A stretch of 64,000 bases of DNA from Mobula hypostoma (GCF_963921235.1 NC_086108.1:37016001-37080000), one strand, 5' to 3'. Numbered from the stretch's first letter, positions 11,850 to 25,450 are shown. A program made the numbers and translations. Notes: generated by a model from the letters alone, not told the origin.

Positions 11850-14201
11850 TGCAACACACACAAAAGTTGCTGGTGGAACGCAGCAGGCCAGGCAGTACCT
11901 ATAGGAAGAAGTACAGTCGACGTTTCAGGCCGAGACCCTTTGTCAGGACTAACTGAGAGAAGAGATAGTAAGAGATTTGAAAGTGGGAGGGGGAGGGGGA
12001 GATCCGAAGTGATAGGAGAAGACAGGAGAGGGAGGGATGGAGCCAAGAGCTGGACAGGTGATTGGCAAAAGGGATACAAGGCTGGAGAAGGGAGAGGATC
12101 ATGGGACAGGAGGCCTAGGGAGAAAGAAAAGGGGAGGGAGCTCAGGGGAAGATGGAGAGCAGGCAAGGAGTGATTGTGAGAGGGACAGAGAGAAGAAGAA
12201 GAAAAAAGGGGGGGGGAAATAAAAATAGATAAGAGATGGGCTAAGAAGGGGAGGAGGGGCATTAACAGAAGTTAGAGAAATCAATGTTCATGCCATCAGG
12301 TTGGAGGCTACCCGGATGAAATATAAGGTATTGTTCCTCCAACCTGTGTGTGGCTTCATCTTGACAGTAGAGGAGGCCATGGATTGACATATTAAGTTCC
12401 CTGGCCCTCACCGCCTTATTTTCACCATCCTCCACCAGAAAGGTCTCAAAGCTGTCTGCTTCTTTTTGGATTCCAGACCTAACCAGTTTCCCTCTACCAC
12501 CACTCTCCTCCGTCTTACAGAGTTGGTCCTTATTCTTAATAATTTCTCCTTTGGCTCCTCCCACTTCCTCCAACTAAAGGTGTAGCCATGGGCACCCTTA
12601 TGGGCCCCAGCTATGCCTGCCCTTTTGTTGGCTTTGTGGAACAGTCTATGTTCCAAGCTTATACTAGTATCTGTCCCCCACTTTTCCTTCGCTACATCAA
12701 CAACTGCATTGGCTCTGCTTCCTGCACGCATGCTGAGCTCATTGACTTCATTAACTTTGCCTCCAACTTTCACCCTGCCCACAAATTTACCTGGTCCATT
12801 TCCAACACCTCCTTCCCGTTTCTTGATCTTTTTGTCTCTTTCTCTGGAGAGAACTTATCCACTGATGTCTACTATAAGCCTACGGACCCTCACAGCTACT
12901 TGGACTATTCCTCCTCCCACCCTGTCCCTTGCAAAAATGCCATCCCCTTCTCGCAATTTCTCCATCTCCGCCGCATCTGCTCTCAGAATGAGGCTTTTCA
13001 TTCCAGGACGAAGGAGATGTCCTCCTTTTTTAAAGTAAGGGGCTTCCCTTCCTCCACCATCAACTCTGCTCTCAAACATATCTCTCCTATTTCACGCACA
13101 TCTGCCCTCACCCCATCGTCCCGCTACCCCACTAGGAATAGGGTTCCCCTTGTCCTAACCTACCACTCCACCAGCCTCCGGGTCCAACATATAATTCTCC
13201 ATAACTTCTGTCAGCTCCAAAGGGATCCCACCACCAAGCACATCTTTCCCTCCCCCTCCTTTCTGCTTTCCACAGGGATTGCTCCCTATGCGACTCCCTT
13301 GTCCATTCGTCCCCCCCATCCCTCCCCACTGATCTCCCTCCTGGCACTTATCCTTGTAGGCAGAATAAGTGCTACACATGCCCTTACACTTCCTCCCTTA
13401 CCACCATTCAGGGCCCCAGACAGTCCTTCCAGGTGAGGCAACACTTCACCTGTGAGTCGGCTGGTGTGATATACTGCGTCCGGTGCTCCCGATGTGGCCT
13501 TCTATATATTGGCGAGACCCGACACAGACTGGGAGATCATTTCGCTGAACACTTACGGTCTGTCCGCCAGAGAAAGCAGGATCTCCCAGTGTCCACCCAT
13601 TTTAATTCCACGTCCCATCCCCATTGTGAAATGTTAATCCATGGTCTCCTTAACTATCAAGATGAAGCCACACTCAGGCTGGAGGAACAACACCTTATAT
13701 TCTATCTGGGTAGCCTCCAACCTGATGGTATGAACATTGATTTCTCTAACTTGTGTTAATGCCCCTCCTCTCTTTCTTACCCCATCCCTTATTTATTTTT
13801 ATTCCCCCCCATTTTTTCTTCTTCTTCTCTCTGTCCCTTTCACAATCACTCCTTGCCTGCTCTCCATCTTCCTCTGGGCTCCCCTCTCCTTTTTTTTCTC
13901 TCTAGGCCTCCTGTCCCATGATCCTCTCCCTTCTCCAACTCTGTATCCCTTTTGCCAATCAACTTTCCAGGTCTTGACTCCATCCCTCCCCCTCCTGTCT
14001 TCTCCTATCATTTCAGATCTCCCCCTCCCCCTCCCACTTTCAAATCTCTTACTATCTCTTCTTTCAGTTAGTCCTGACGAAGGGTCTCGGCCCAAAACTT
14101 CGACTGTACCTCTTCCTATAGATGCTGCCTGGCCTGCTGCAGTTCACCAGCATTTTGTGTGTATTGCTTGAATTTCCAGCATCTGCAGATTTTCTCAGGT
14201 T
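11850..14201 (+). mobile_element. 5'-truncated Penelope-like element with an inverted 3'-end copy (11850-~12391, minus) at its 5' side
   Basis: 12-bp TSD TGCTAATTTTCA at 11838-11849 and 14202-14213; RT and GIY-YIG ORFs; inverted duplicate of the pseudo-LTR. Confidence 0.92.
12588..13759 (+). pseudogene. Penelope RT C-terminal half plus GIY-YIG endonuclease (frameshifted)
   Basis: MGTxMGPSYA, FLRYINN (decayed YIDD), PFLDL, TDVYYKPTD, YLDYSSSHP; GVIYCVRCSRCGLLYIGET...RLGDHFAEH...GMNIDF. Confidence 0.9.
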
Positions 14202-15227
14202 TGCTAATTTTCACATCAGGTTCTGTTTCTGTTCAGTTTTTGTTGATATCACAAAGGGGCTACTGTGAATTGGTGGGAGCTATGACAAGACAAGGGCGCA
14301 TGACTACAATCAGACTGGCTGAGGAAAAAGTAGCTGAGTCAGGCCCCTCCCTTTCATACTGTGCTCCAGTGTTCACTTGGCGGAAGGACAAGTGGGACCA
14401 GGACTACATCCTGCCACTCAGGGACTAGGCTATATTTTTTTTTCTTTGTGATTGTATGTTTTTCTGAAATTGTAAGTGAAATTGCTGGTATTAGGTATTT
14501 CAACCCTGGGGAAAAAAGATACTCACTATTTTATCTATGCCTCTCATAATCTTATAAACCCTTATCAGATCTCACCTCAGCCTCCACCATTCCAGAGAAA
14601 TCAACCCAAGTTTGTCCAGTCTCTTTTGCCTTCTAATCCAGGCAGCATCCTGGTAAGCATCTTCTGCACCCTCTCCAAACCCTTAACGTACTTCCTATGA
14701 CAGGGCGATCAGAACTCTATGCAATACTCCGGATGCAGCCTACCTAGGGTTTTATAAATCTGTAACATAACTTCCTGACCTTTGAACTCAACGTTTCAAC
14801 TGATAAAACAAGCATACTACATGCCTTCTTAACCACCCTATCAAATTGTGTAGCCACTTTCGGGAGCTATGAACTTGGACCCCAAAATTTCTCTGCTCAT
14901 CAACACTGTTAAGGATCTAGCCCTTAACAGTGTATTGCCTCTTTACATTTGACTTACCAAGGTGCAGTACTTCACATGTGGCAGGGTTTAATCTCCATCT
15001 GCTATTTCTCCATCCATATCTGCAACTGATCTATATCCCACTGTATCCTTTGCCAGTCTTCTACACTATTCATACCGTCACCAATCTTTGTGTCATGTGC
15101 AGACTTACTAACCCACCCATCTACATTTTCATCCAGGTCATTTATATACATCACAGACATCAAAGGTCTAAGTACAGATCCCTGCGGCTTCTGAAAGGGG
15201 TAGCTGAAGGGATTGTGGAGGCATTAC

Positions 15228-17619
15228 AGTTCAAAGTAAATTTTATTATCAAAGTCATCATCTTCAACCCTGAGAGTCATTTTCCTGTGGTCATATTCAG
15301 CAAATCTATAGAATAGTAGCTATAACAGGATCAATGAAAGATCAACCAGAGTGCAGAAGACAACAAACTGTGCAAATGCAAATGTAAATAAATACAAAAC
15401 AAAAGAAGAACATGAGATAATGAGATAAGGAGTTTTTAAAGTGAGATCATTGGTTGTGGGAATATTTCCATGATAAGGTAAGTGAGTGTACTTATTCTCT
15501 TTCATTCAAGAACCTGCTGGTTGAGGGGTAGTAACTATACTTAAAACCTGGTGATGCGAGTCATAAGGGTCTTGTACCTTCTCCTTGATGGCAGCAGCGA
15601 GAGAGACCATGACTTGGGTAATACAATCTCTGATGATGGATGCTGCTTTCCTATAAAAGCATTTCATGTAGATGTTCTCAATGGTTGGGAGGGCCTTACT
15701 ACTGATGTACTGAGCCGAATCCACTATCTTTTGTAGGATTTTTGGTTCAAAGGCTTTGGTGTCCCCATAACAGGCTGTAGTGCAGCCAGTTAATACACTT
15801 TCCACTACACATCTATAGAGGTTTGTCAAAGTTTTAGATGTCATGCTGAAACTCCGTAGACTCCTAAGGAAATAGAGGCATTGCCTTGAATTCTTCACAA
15901 CTGCACTTATGTGCTGTGCCCAGCACAGATTATCTGAAATTGTAATATCCAGGAATTTAAAGTTACTAACCCTCTCTACCTCTGATCCTCCGGAGAGGAC
16001 TGGTTCATGGATCTCTGGTTTCCTTCTCCTGAAGTCTCTGATCATTTCCCTGGTCTTGCTGACATTGAGTAAGAGGTTGTTGTTATGACACCACTCAGCC
16101 AAATTTTCAATCTCCCTCCTATATGCTGATTCATCGCCACCTTTGATTTGGCCCTCAACAGTGCTGTCATCAGAAAACTTAATTATGGCATTGGATCTGT
16201 GCTTAGCCACACAGTCATAGGTGTAAAGCGAGTGGAACAAACAGCTAAGCACACAGCCGGATGATGCACTTGTTCTGATGGAGATCGTGGAGGAAACATT
16301 GCTGCCAAACCAAACTGACTGGAGTCTACATGTATGGAAATCCAGGACCCAATTACACAAGGAGGTGTTGAAGCCAGGGTCCTGGAGGTTATTGATAAGT
16401 TTTGAGGGGATGCTGGCATTGAATTTTGAGCTGCAGTCAATAAAAAGCATCCAGATACAGTATATGCACATTTGCCTTCCAGATGTTCCTGGATTGAATG
16501 AAGAGCCAATGAGCCAATGACACGGCATCTGCTGTGGGCCTGTTGCTCCGGTAGGCAAATTGGAGCAGATCCAAGATGCCACTCAGACAGGAGCTGATAT
16601 GTTTCATCTCCAGCCTCACTGTGGGCGTAAGTGCAACTATGCAGTAGTCATTGAGGCAGGCCGCCATGCTCTTCCTGGGCACTGGTGTAATTGACGCCGA
16701 TTTGAAGCAGGTGGGTACCCCACACTACAAAAGTGAAAGGTTAAAGACCTCAGTGAAAACACACCAGCTAGTTGGTCAGCACAAGTCTTTGGTACGTGGC
16801 CTGGTACCCCATTCGGTCCGGATGTTTTTCGTGGATTCACCATCCTGAAGGCAGCCTGCGTGTCAGCTTCAGAGACTGAGATCATAGGATCATCAGGAGA
16901 TGTGGGGGCTTACGATGGTTTTGCCACGTTCTGGTGGTCAAAACAAGCATAGAAGAAATTCAGCTCTGCTGGAAGCGAATCCCTTTTGTCCCCTCTCTTA
17001 TGTTGCTTGATTTAACTTAGTAGGAAATGCTAGTATTCAAGCACTACCACATCCCTCGTTGTTTCAAGTTTGGACCGGAATTTCCATTTCGCTCATGAGC
17101 TGGCTTTCAGAAGATCATACCTGCACCTCTTGTAGCTTTCTTGGCCTCCAGACTTGAATGGTCTTCAGCAGATTTTGGACCTCATGGTTCATCCAGGGCT
17201 TTGTATTGGGGAAGACTCTAAGTGATTAAGTGGGCACATGCTCATCCACAGCTGTTTTAGTAACGTCCAATACAACCATGATGTACTCATTCAGATTTCT
17301 AGATGAATGCTTCAACATGGCCCAGTTCAGTGACTCAAAACAATCCTGTAATCACTCTTATGTCTCCTGAGACTACCTCTTAGTTGTTCTGATCTGGAGG
17401 CCTTGCTTTTTAGCCTCTGCCTGTATGCAGGTAGGAGGAGAACAGCCAAGTGATCCAATTTATCAAAATGCGATCTGGGTGAGGAACGGTAGGCAGTGGT
17501 CTAGTATGTTGGTGCTACCTCTGGTGCTACAGGTTATATGCTGCTCATAATTGGTCAGTGTTTTCTTCAAACAAACCTGTTTGAAGTGTCTGACTATAAT
17601 TTGAAATGCGTCGAATGGT
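15228..17619 (-). mobile_element. Rex1/Babar-type LINE, decayed RT
   Basis: ORF 15506-16582: LFIDCSSKFN, LYTYDCVA, KFSDD, EWCHNNNLLLNVSKT, YRCVVESVLT; upstream SGPNGVPG. Confidence 0.85.
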
Positions 17620-17666
17620 TACTAATGATTATTCAAGAATCAATAGATTCTGGCCTGGTTCTGGAA

Positions 17667-18154
17667 CACTAGGTTAATTCCTGGGATGTCCGGACTGTCT
17701 TACGGAGAGAGGTCAGAGAGACTGGGCTTGTACACGCTGGAATTAAGGAGATTGAGGTGGGATCTGATTGAGACATATAAGATTATTAAGGGATTGGACA
17801 AGAATGAGGCAGGAAATATGTTCCAGATGCTGGAAGAGTCCAGTACCAGAGGGCATGGTTTAAGAATAAGGGGTAGGTCATTTAAGACAGAGTTGAGGAG
17901 GAACTTCTTCTCCCAGAGAGTTGTGGAGGTGTGGAACGCGTTGCCTCAGAAGGCAGTGGAGGCCAATTCTCTGGATGCTTTCAAGAAGGAGCTAGTTAGG
18001 TATCTTATGGATAGGGGAATCAAGGGTTATGGGGACAAGGCAGGAACCGGGTATTGATAGTAGATGATCAGCCATGATCTCAGAATGGCTGTGCAGGCTC
18101 GAAGGGCCGAATGGTCTACTTCTGCACCTATTGTCTATTGTCTATTGTCTATTG
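17667..18154 (+). mobile_element. CR1 3' fragment with (CTATTGT)n tail
   Basis: ORF 17686-18057 LELRRLRWDLIETYKI...FFSQRVV; heptamer tail at 18128-18154. Confidence 0.88.
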
Positions 18155-18558
18155 ACTTGAAAATTGCAAATGTCACTCCACTCTTCAAGAAGGAGGGAGG
18201 CAGAAGAAAGAAAATTATAGGCCAGTTAGCCTGACCTCAAGGGTGGGAAGGTATTGGAGTAGATTATTAAAGATGTGGTTTCGGGATACTTGTGATGTGA
18301 TAAAATAGGCCATAGTCAGCATGGTTTCCTTAAGCGAAAATCTTGCCTGACAAAGCTGTTGGAATTCTATAAGGAAATAACATGCAGGTTAGACAAAGGA
18401 GAATTGGTAGATGTTGTGTACTTGAATTTTCAGAAGGCTATTGACTGGTCCCGCACATGAGGCTGCTTAACAAGGTAAGAATCCATGAAATTACTGGAAA
18501 AATATGAGCATGGATAGAATATTGGCTGATTGGCAGGAGGCAAAGAGTGGGAATAAAG

Positions 18559-19447
18559 CAAACACGAGGAATTATGCAGATGCTGGAAATTCAAGCAACA
18601 CACATCAAAGTTGCTGGTGAACGCAGCAGGCCAGGCAGCATCTCTAGGAAGAGGTACAGTCGACATTTCGGGCCGAGACCCTTCGTCAGGACTAACTGAA
18701 AGAAGAGCTAGTAAGAGATTTGAAAGTGGGAGGGGGAGGGGGAGATCCAAAATGATAGGAGAAGACAGGAGGGGGAGGGATGGAGCCAAGAGCTGGACAG
18801 GTGATTGGCAAAAGGGATATGAGAGGATCATGGGACAGGAGGCCCAGGGAGAAAGAAAAGCGGGAGGGGGGGAAACCCAGAGGATGGGCAAGGGGTATAG
18901 TGAGAGGGACAGAGGGAGAAAAAGGAGAGAGAGAAAAAGAATGTGTGTATATAAATAAATAACGGATGGGGTATGAGGGGGAGGTGGGGCATTAGTGGAA
19001 GTTTGAGAAGTCAATGATGGCATGAACATTGACTTCTCAAACTTCCGCTAATGCCCCACCTCTCCCTTGTACCCCATCCGTTATTTATTTATATACACAC
19101 ATTCTTTCACTCTCTCTCTTTTTTCTCCCTCTGTCCCTCTCACTATACCCCTTGCCCATCCTCTGAGTTTTCCTCCCCTCCCCCTTTTCCTTCTCTCTGG
19201 GCCTCCTGTCCCATGATCCTCTCATATCCCTTTTGCCAATCACCTGTCCAGCTCTTGGCTCCATCCCTCCCCCTCCTGTCTTCTCCTATCATTTTGGATC
19301 TCCCCCTCCCCCTCCCACTTTCAAATCTCTTACTAGCTCTTCTTTCAGTTAGTCCTGACGAAGGGTCTCGGCCTGAAACGTGGACTGTACCTCTTCCTAG
19401 AGATGCTGCCTGGCCTGCTGCGTTCACCAGCAACATTGATGTGTGTT
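18559..19447. mobile_element. Fold-back Penelope-derived insertion: two inverted pseudo-LTR copies
   Basis: 14-bp TSD GAGTGGGAATAAAG at 18545-18558 and 19448-19461; ~420-bp inverted arms around a ~10-nt spacer at 19017-19026. Confidence 0.92.
18657..18693 (-). ncRNA. Minimal type I hammerhead ribozyme (Penelope-type)
   Basis: AGUC-CUGACGA-AGGGUCUCGGCCC-GAAAUGUC-GACU: conserved core, stem I AGUC/GACU, stem II GGG/CCC. Confidence 0.7.
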
Positions 19448-21543
19448 GAGTGGGAATAAAGAGAGTCTTTTCTGGTTGGCTGCCAGTGAGAAGTGGTGTT
19501 CCACAGGGGACGGTGTTGGGACTGCTTCTTTTTATGTTATATATCTGTGATTTGGATGACAGAATTGTTCCTTTTGTGGTCAAGTTTGTGGATGTACGAA
19601 GATAGGTGGAGGGGTAGGTAGTATTAAGGAAGCAAGGAGGCTGAAGAAGGACTTAGGCAGATTAGGAGAATGGGCAAAGAAGTGGCAGATGGAATGTAGT
19701 GTTGTGAGTGTATGTTCATGCACTTTGGTAGAAGGTATAAAAGCATAGACTTTGTTCCAAACCGGGAGAAAATAAAGAAGTCCACCGTGCAAAGGGACTT
19801 GGGAGCTCTCGTGCAGAATTCCCTAAAGGTTAATTTGCAGGTTGAGTTGGTGGTGGGGAAGGTAAGTGCAATGTAAGCATTCATTTTGAGACGACTAGAA
19901 TATAAAAGCTAGGATGTAATGCTAAAGCTTTATAAGGCACTTGGAATATTGTGAGCAGTTTTGGGCCCCTTATTTAAGAAAGGATATACTGCTATTGGCG
20001 AGGGTTCAGAGGGGGTTCATGAGAACAATTCCAGGAATGAAAGGCTAATAATATGAGGAACGATTGATGGCACTGTGCCTTTACTCACTGGAATTTAGAA
20101 GAATGAGGAGCAATCCCATTGAAACCTATTGAATGTTGAAAGGTCTAGATAGTGTGGATGGGGAAAGGATGTTTGCTGTGGTAGAGGAGTCCAGAACCAG
20201 AGGGTACAGCCTCAGAATGGAGGGATATCCATTTAGAACAGAGATGAGGAGGTATTTCTTTAGCTAGAGGGCATTAAATTTAGTGGAATTCATTGCCAGA
20301 CGTAGCTGCGGAAACTGTTCATTGGGTGTATTTAAGGCGGAGGTTGATGGGTTCTTGATTAGTTGGGTCATGAAAGGTTATAGGGAGAGGTCAGGAGAAT
20401 GGGGTTGAGAGGGAAATGGATCGGCCATGATGAAATGGACTCAGTGGGCAAAATGGCCTAATTCTGCTCCTTCTGCTCCTGTATGGTCTTATGGAAAACC
20501 ACTAATCATAGACCTCCAGATAGAATAAGACCCTTCGACCTCTACCCTCTGTGATATGTTGCCAATCCAGTTCTGAATTCAAATGGCCAATTCACCATAA
20601 ATCCCATTGGTGAATTCACCATTGATTCTGGCTGAGCCTCCCATGGGGGACCTTGTCCAATGTCTTACTAAAATCCATGGAAATGATATCCACAGCTCTA
20701 CTTTGTCACCTCATCAGAAAAATACAATCAAGTTGGTAAGACTCAACTCGCCCTGCAAAAAGCCATGTTTTTTCAAATGTTCATTAATACTATCCTTAAG
20801 AATTCTTTCCAGTAACTTATCTACAGCTGAAGTAAGACTCAGCAGTCAATAGTTGCTAGGAGTATCCTTGTTTCCCTTTTTGAATAATGGAACACCGTTA
20901 GCTACTTGCCAGTTATTGAGGACTTCTTCTGTGGTTAGAGAGGACATAAAGATGTTGGTCAAAGCTTCAGCAATCTCATCTCTTGCCTAGCTCAATATCT
21001 CATCATGCCATGGGTACTTATTCACCTTAACACTGATCTCCATATCCACCACATTCTTCTCTTTGGTAAATACTTACTTAGGATCTCACCCACATCCTCT
21101 GCATTTAAGCAAATATTCCCCCCTTTATCCTTAAGTGGTCCTAGTTATCCTCTTGCTGTTGGTGTACGCCTAGGATTCCTAGTCATTCTCTTTAATTCTG
21201 CTAGCCAGGGACCTTTTATGGCCTTTCCTGCCAGTTTGATTTTAGATTCCTAGGCTTTATGCAATTTTCCTTTCTCGTCTTGACTAAATTCATCACCTTG
21301 CTCGACATCCAAGGTTCTCTTACCTTTCCCACCCTTGTCCTTTCTTCTTACTAGAATACACCTGATGTGTATTCTGTGAGGTTGGTCTTTAAACACCCTC
21401 CACATGTCAGATGTAAAGTTTCCCGAAAACAGCTGTTCCCAATTACCTCTCCCTAGTTCCTGCCTAATGCTAACGTGGTTTGCTCTGCTTCAATTTAACT
21501 TTCTCCCACAAGGTTCATAGTTATTCGTGTAGAATTAGATAGC

Positions 21544-22506
21544 ATGCCTGCAGGGTTAGTGCTTTGTTCAGGGTGTCAGATGTGGGAATCCTGGGAGAAC
21601 TCCAGCCTCCCTGATAGCCACATCTGCGCGAGGTGCATCGAGATGCAGCTCCTCAGAGACCGTGTTAGGGATCTGCAGCTGCAGCTTGATGACCTACTGC
21701 TTGTCAGGGAAAGTGAAGAGGTGATAGACAGGAGCTACAGGGAGGTAGTCATCCCTAGGCTACAGGAGTCAGTAGTCATCCCTAGGCTAGAGGAGTCAGA
21801 ACACTGGGTCACTGTTAAGAGAGGGAAGGGAAATGCCCGGATAGTGGAGAGCACCCCTGTGGCTGTCCCCCTCAGCAACAAGTATCTTGTTCCGGATGCT
21901 GTTGAGGGGGATGACCTGACAGGGGACGCCCACGGTGACCGGGTCTCTGGCACTGATCCTGGCGCTGTTGTGCAGGAGAGAAGGAGGGAGAAGAGAAATG
22001 CGGTAGTCGTGGGGGATTCCATAGTCAGGGGAACAGACAGGAGATTCTGTGAGCCTGACAGAGATACCCGCATGGTGTGTTGCCTCCCAGGTGCCAGGGT
22101 ACGGAATGTCTCGGATCGGGTCCTGAATATTCTAAAGGGGGAGGGTAAGCAGCCAGTTGTCTTGGTACATGTTGGTACTAATGACATACATAGGACAAAA
22201 GAGGAGGTCCTGAAGAGAGATTTCCGGGAGTTAGGAAGGAAGCTGAGAAGCAGGACCTCCAGGGTAGTAATCTCGGGATTGCTACCTGTGCCACGTGCTA
22301 GCGAGGGCAAGAGTAGTCGGATCAGGCAGATGAATGCCTGGCTGAGAGACTGGTGTAGGGGGCAGGGCTTCAGATTCTTGGATAATTGGGATCTCTTCTG
22401 GGGGAAGTATGACCTGTTCAAAAAGGACAGGTTACACCTGAACCCGAAGGGGACCAATATCCTGGCGGGAAAGTTTAATAGAGCTGTTAGAGAGGGTTTA
22501 AACTAA
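21544..22506 (+). CDS. CR1 ORF1p (zinc finger/leucine zipper + SGNH esterase-like), open frame (320 aa)
   Basis: Same motifs as copy A; in-frame 27-nt tandem duplication VVIPRLQES-VVIPRLEES. Confidence 0.9.
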   Translation: MPAGLVLCSGCQMWESWENSSLPDSHICARCIEMQLLRDRVRDLQLQLDDLLLVRESEEVIDRSYREVVIPRLQESVVIPRLEESEHWVTVKRGKGNARIVESTPVAVPLSNKYLVPDAVEGDDLTGDAHGDRVSGTDPGAVVQERRREKRNAVVVGDSIVRGTDRRFCEPDRDTRMVCCLPGARVRNVSDRVLNILKGEGKQPVVLVHVGTNDIHRTKEEVLKRDFRELGRKLRSRTSRVVISGLLPVPRASEGKSSRIRQMNAWLRDWCRGQGFRFLDNWDLFWGKYDLFKKDRLHLNPKGTNILAGKFNRAVREGLN

Positions 22507-22574
22507 ATTGGCAGGGGGATGGGAACCGGAATGATAGAGCGGAGGAAGGGGAAAACAGAAATAAATTTAAGATA

Positions 22575-25450
22575 GTGAGCAGTAAAAATGTCAGGAAAGA
22601 CAGGCAGGTGATGGGGCAAATGTGTAGCCATTGGGATGAGTTGCAGTGCAATAAAGTTGCAGTGAAATCAAAGCAAAAAGCATCAAATACTGGTCTTAAG
22701 ATGTTGTACTTAAATGCACGCAGCATAAGGAATAAGGTGGATGATCTTGTTGGACAGCTACAGATTGGCAGGTATGATATTGTGGCCATCACTGAGACCT
22801 GGCTAAAGGATGCATGTGTCTGGGAGCTGAACGTCCAAGGATACACGGTGTATCGGAAGGATAGGAAGGTAGGCAGAGGGGGAGGCGTGGCTTTATTGGT
22901 AAGAAATGATATGAAATCATTAGAAAGAGGTGATATAAGATCGGAAGGTGCAGAATCTTTATGGGTTGAGCTAAGGAATAGCAGGGGTAAAAGGACCCTG
23001 ATGGCCGTTATTTATAGGCCTCCAAACAGCTGCAGGGATGTGGACTACAAACTACAACTGGAAATAGAAAAGGCTTGTCAGAAGGGCAGTGTTATGATAA
23101 TTGTGGAGGATTTTAACATGCGAGTAGATTGGAAAAATCAGGTCGGCACTGGATCTCAAGAGAGAGAATGTGTAGAATGTCTGCGAGATGGCTTTTTCGA
23201 ACAGCTTGTTGCTGAGCCCACTTGGGGATCTGCTGTACTGGATTGGGTATTGTGTAATGAACCGGAGGTGATTGGAGAGATTGAGGTGAAGGAACCCTTA
23301 GGAGGCAGTGATCATAACATGATTGAGTTCACTGTGAAATTAGAAAAAGAGAAGCCGAAATCTGATGTGTCGATATTTCAGTGGAGTAAAGAAAATTACA
23401 GTGGCATGAGAGAGGAACTGGCCAAAGTTGACTGGAAAGAGACACAGGCGGGGAAGACGGCAGAGCAGCAGTGGCTGGAGTTTATGCAAGAAATGAGGAA
23501 TGTGCAAGACAGGTAAATTCCAAAAAAGAAGTTTTTGAGTGGAAAAACCATGCAACCGTGGTTGACAAGAGAAGTCAAAGCCAAAGTTAAAGCAAAGGAG
23601 AGGGCATACAAGGAAGTAAAAATTAGTGGGAAGACAGAAGATTGGGAAGTTTTTAAAACCTTACAAAAGGAAACCAAGAAGGTCATTAAGAGAGAAAAGA
23701 TTAACAATGAAAGGAAACTAGCAAATAATATCAAAGAGGATACTAAAAGCTTTTTCAGGTATATAAAGAGTAAAAGACAGGTGAGAGTAGATATAGGACC
23801 GATAGAAAATGATACTGGAGAAATTGTAATGGGAGATGAGGAGATGGCAGAGGAACTGAACAAGTATTTTGCATCAGTCTTCACTGAGGAAGACATCAGC
23901 AGTATACCGGACACTCAAGGGTGACAGGGAAGAGAAGTGTGCGCAGTCACAATTACGACAGAGAAAGTACTCAGGAAGCTGAATAGGCTAAAGGTCGATA
24001 AATCTCCTGGACCAGATGAAATGCACCCTCCTGTTCTGAGGGAAGTAGCTGTGGAGATTGCGGAGGCATTAGCGATGATCTTTCAAAAGTCGATAGATTC
24101 TGGCATGGTTCTGGAAGACTGGAAGATTGCAAATGTCACTCCGCTATTTAAGAAGGGGGCAAGGAAGCAAAAAGGAAATTATAGACCTGTTGACTTGACG
24201 TCGGTGGTTGGGAAGTTATTGGAGTCGATTGTCAAGAATGAGGTTACAGAGTACCTGGAGGCATATGACAAGATAGGCAGAACTCAGCATAGATTCCTTA
24301 AAGGAAAACCCTGCCTGACAAACCTATTACAATTTTTTGAGGAAATTACCAGTAGGCTAGACAAGGAAGATGCAGTGGATGTTGTATATTTGGATTTTCA
24401 GAAGGCCTTTGACAAGGTGCCACACATGAGGCTACTTAACAAGATAAGAGCCCATGGAATTACAGGAAAGTTACATACGTGGATAGAGCGTTGGCTGATT
24501 GGCAGGAAACAGAGAGTGGGAATAAAGGGATCCTATTCTGGTTGGCTGCCGGTTACCAGTGGTGTTCCACAGGGATCAGTGTTGGGGCTGCTTCTTTTTA
24601 CATTGTACATCAACGATTTGGATTATGGAATAGATGGCTTTGTGGCTAAGTTTGCTGACGATACGAAGATAGGTGGAGGGGCCGGTAGTGCTGAGGAAAC
24701 AGAGAGTCTGCAGAGAGACTTGGATAGATTGGAAGAATGGGCAGAGAAGTGGCAAATGAAGTACAATGTTGGAAAGTGTATGGTTATGCACTTTGGCAGA
24801 AAAAATAAACGGGCAGACTATTATTTAAATGGGGAAAGAATTCAAAGATCTGAGATGCAACGGGACTTGGGAGTCCTCGTACAGGATTCCCTTAAATTTA
24901 ACCTCCAGGTTGAGTCAGTAGTGAAGAAGGCTAATGCAATGTTGGCATTCATTTCTAGAGGAATAGAGTATAGGAGCAGGGATGTGATGTTGAGGCTCTA
25001 TAAGGCGCTGGTGAGACCTCACTTGGAGTACTGTGGGCAGTTTTGGTGTCCTTATTTAAGAAAGGATGTGCTGACGTTGGAGAGGTTACAGAGAAGATTT
25101 TCACTAGAATGATTCCGGGAATGAGAGGGTTAACATATGAGGAACGTTTGTCCGCTCTTGGACTGTATCCCTTGGAGTTTAGAAGAATGAGGGGAGACCT
25201 CATAGAATCATTTCGAATGTTAAAAGGCATGGACAGAGTGGATGTGGCAAAGTTGTTTCCCATGATGGGGGAGTCTAGTACGAGAAGGCATGACTTCAGG
25301 ATTGAAGGGCGCCCTTTCAGAACAGAAATGCGAAGAAATTTTTTTAGTCAGAGGGTGGTGAATCTATGGAATTTGTTGCCACGGGCAGCAGTGGAGGCCA
25401 AATCATTGGGTGTATTTAAGGCAGAGATTGATAGGTATCTGAGTAGCTAG
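22575..25450 (+). pseudogene. CR1 ORF2 (APE + RT) with a few stops and frameshifts
   Basis: ORFs 22575-23516, 23535-23924, 23937-25112 and 25043-25450 are colinear; SDHN, GVPQGSVLG, FADDTK. Confidence 0.92.

Larger units (their letters stand above)
15188..20494 (+). mobile_element. 5'-truncated CR1 (RT to 3' tail), itself interrupted three times
   Basis: Pieces 15188-15227, 17620-17666, 18155-18558 and 19448-20494 are colinear with the RT region of copy B; ends ATGGTCTTATGG. Confidence 0.82.

Noticed and set aside
18430..19583. Recurrent Pro/Leu/Ser-rich and Arg/Gly-rich ORFs (also at 11.8, 13.8, 32.1 and 47.8 kb)
   Set aside because: Incidental translations of the low-complexity Penelope pseudo-LTR.
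21735..22457. 240-aa antisense ORF over CR1 ORF1
   Set aside because: Shadow frame of a coding sequence, broken in copy A.
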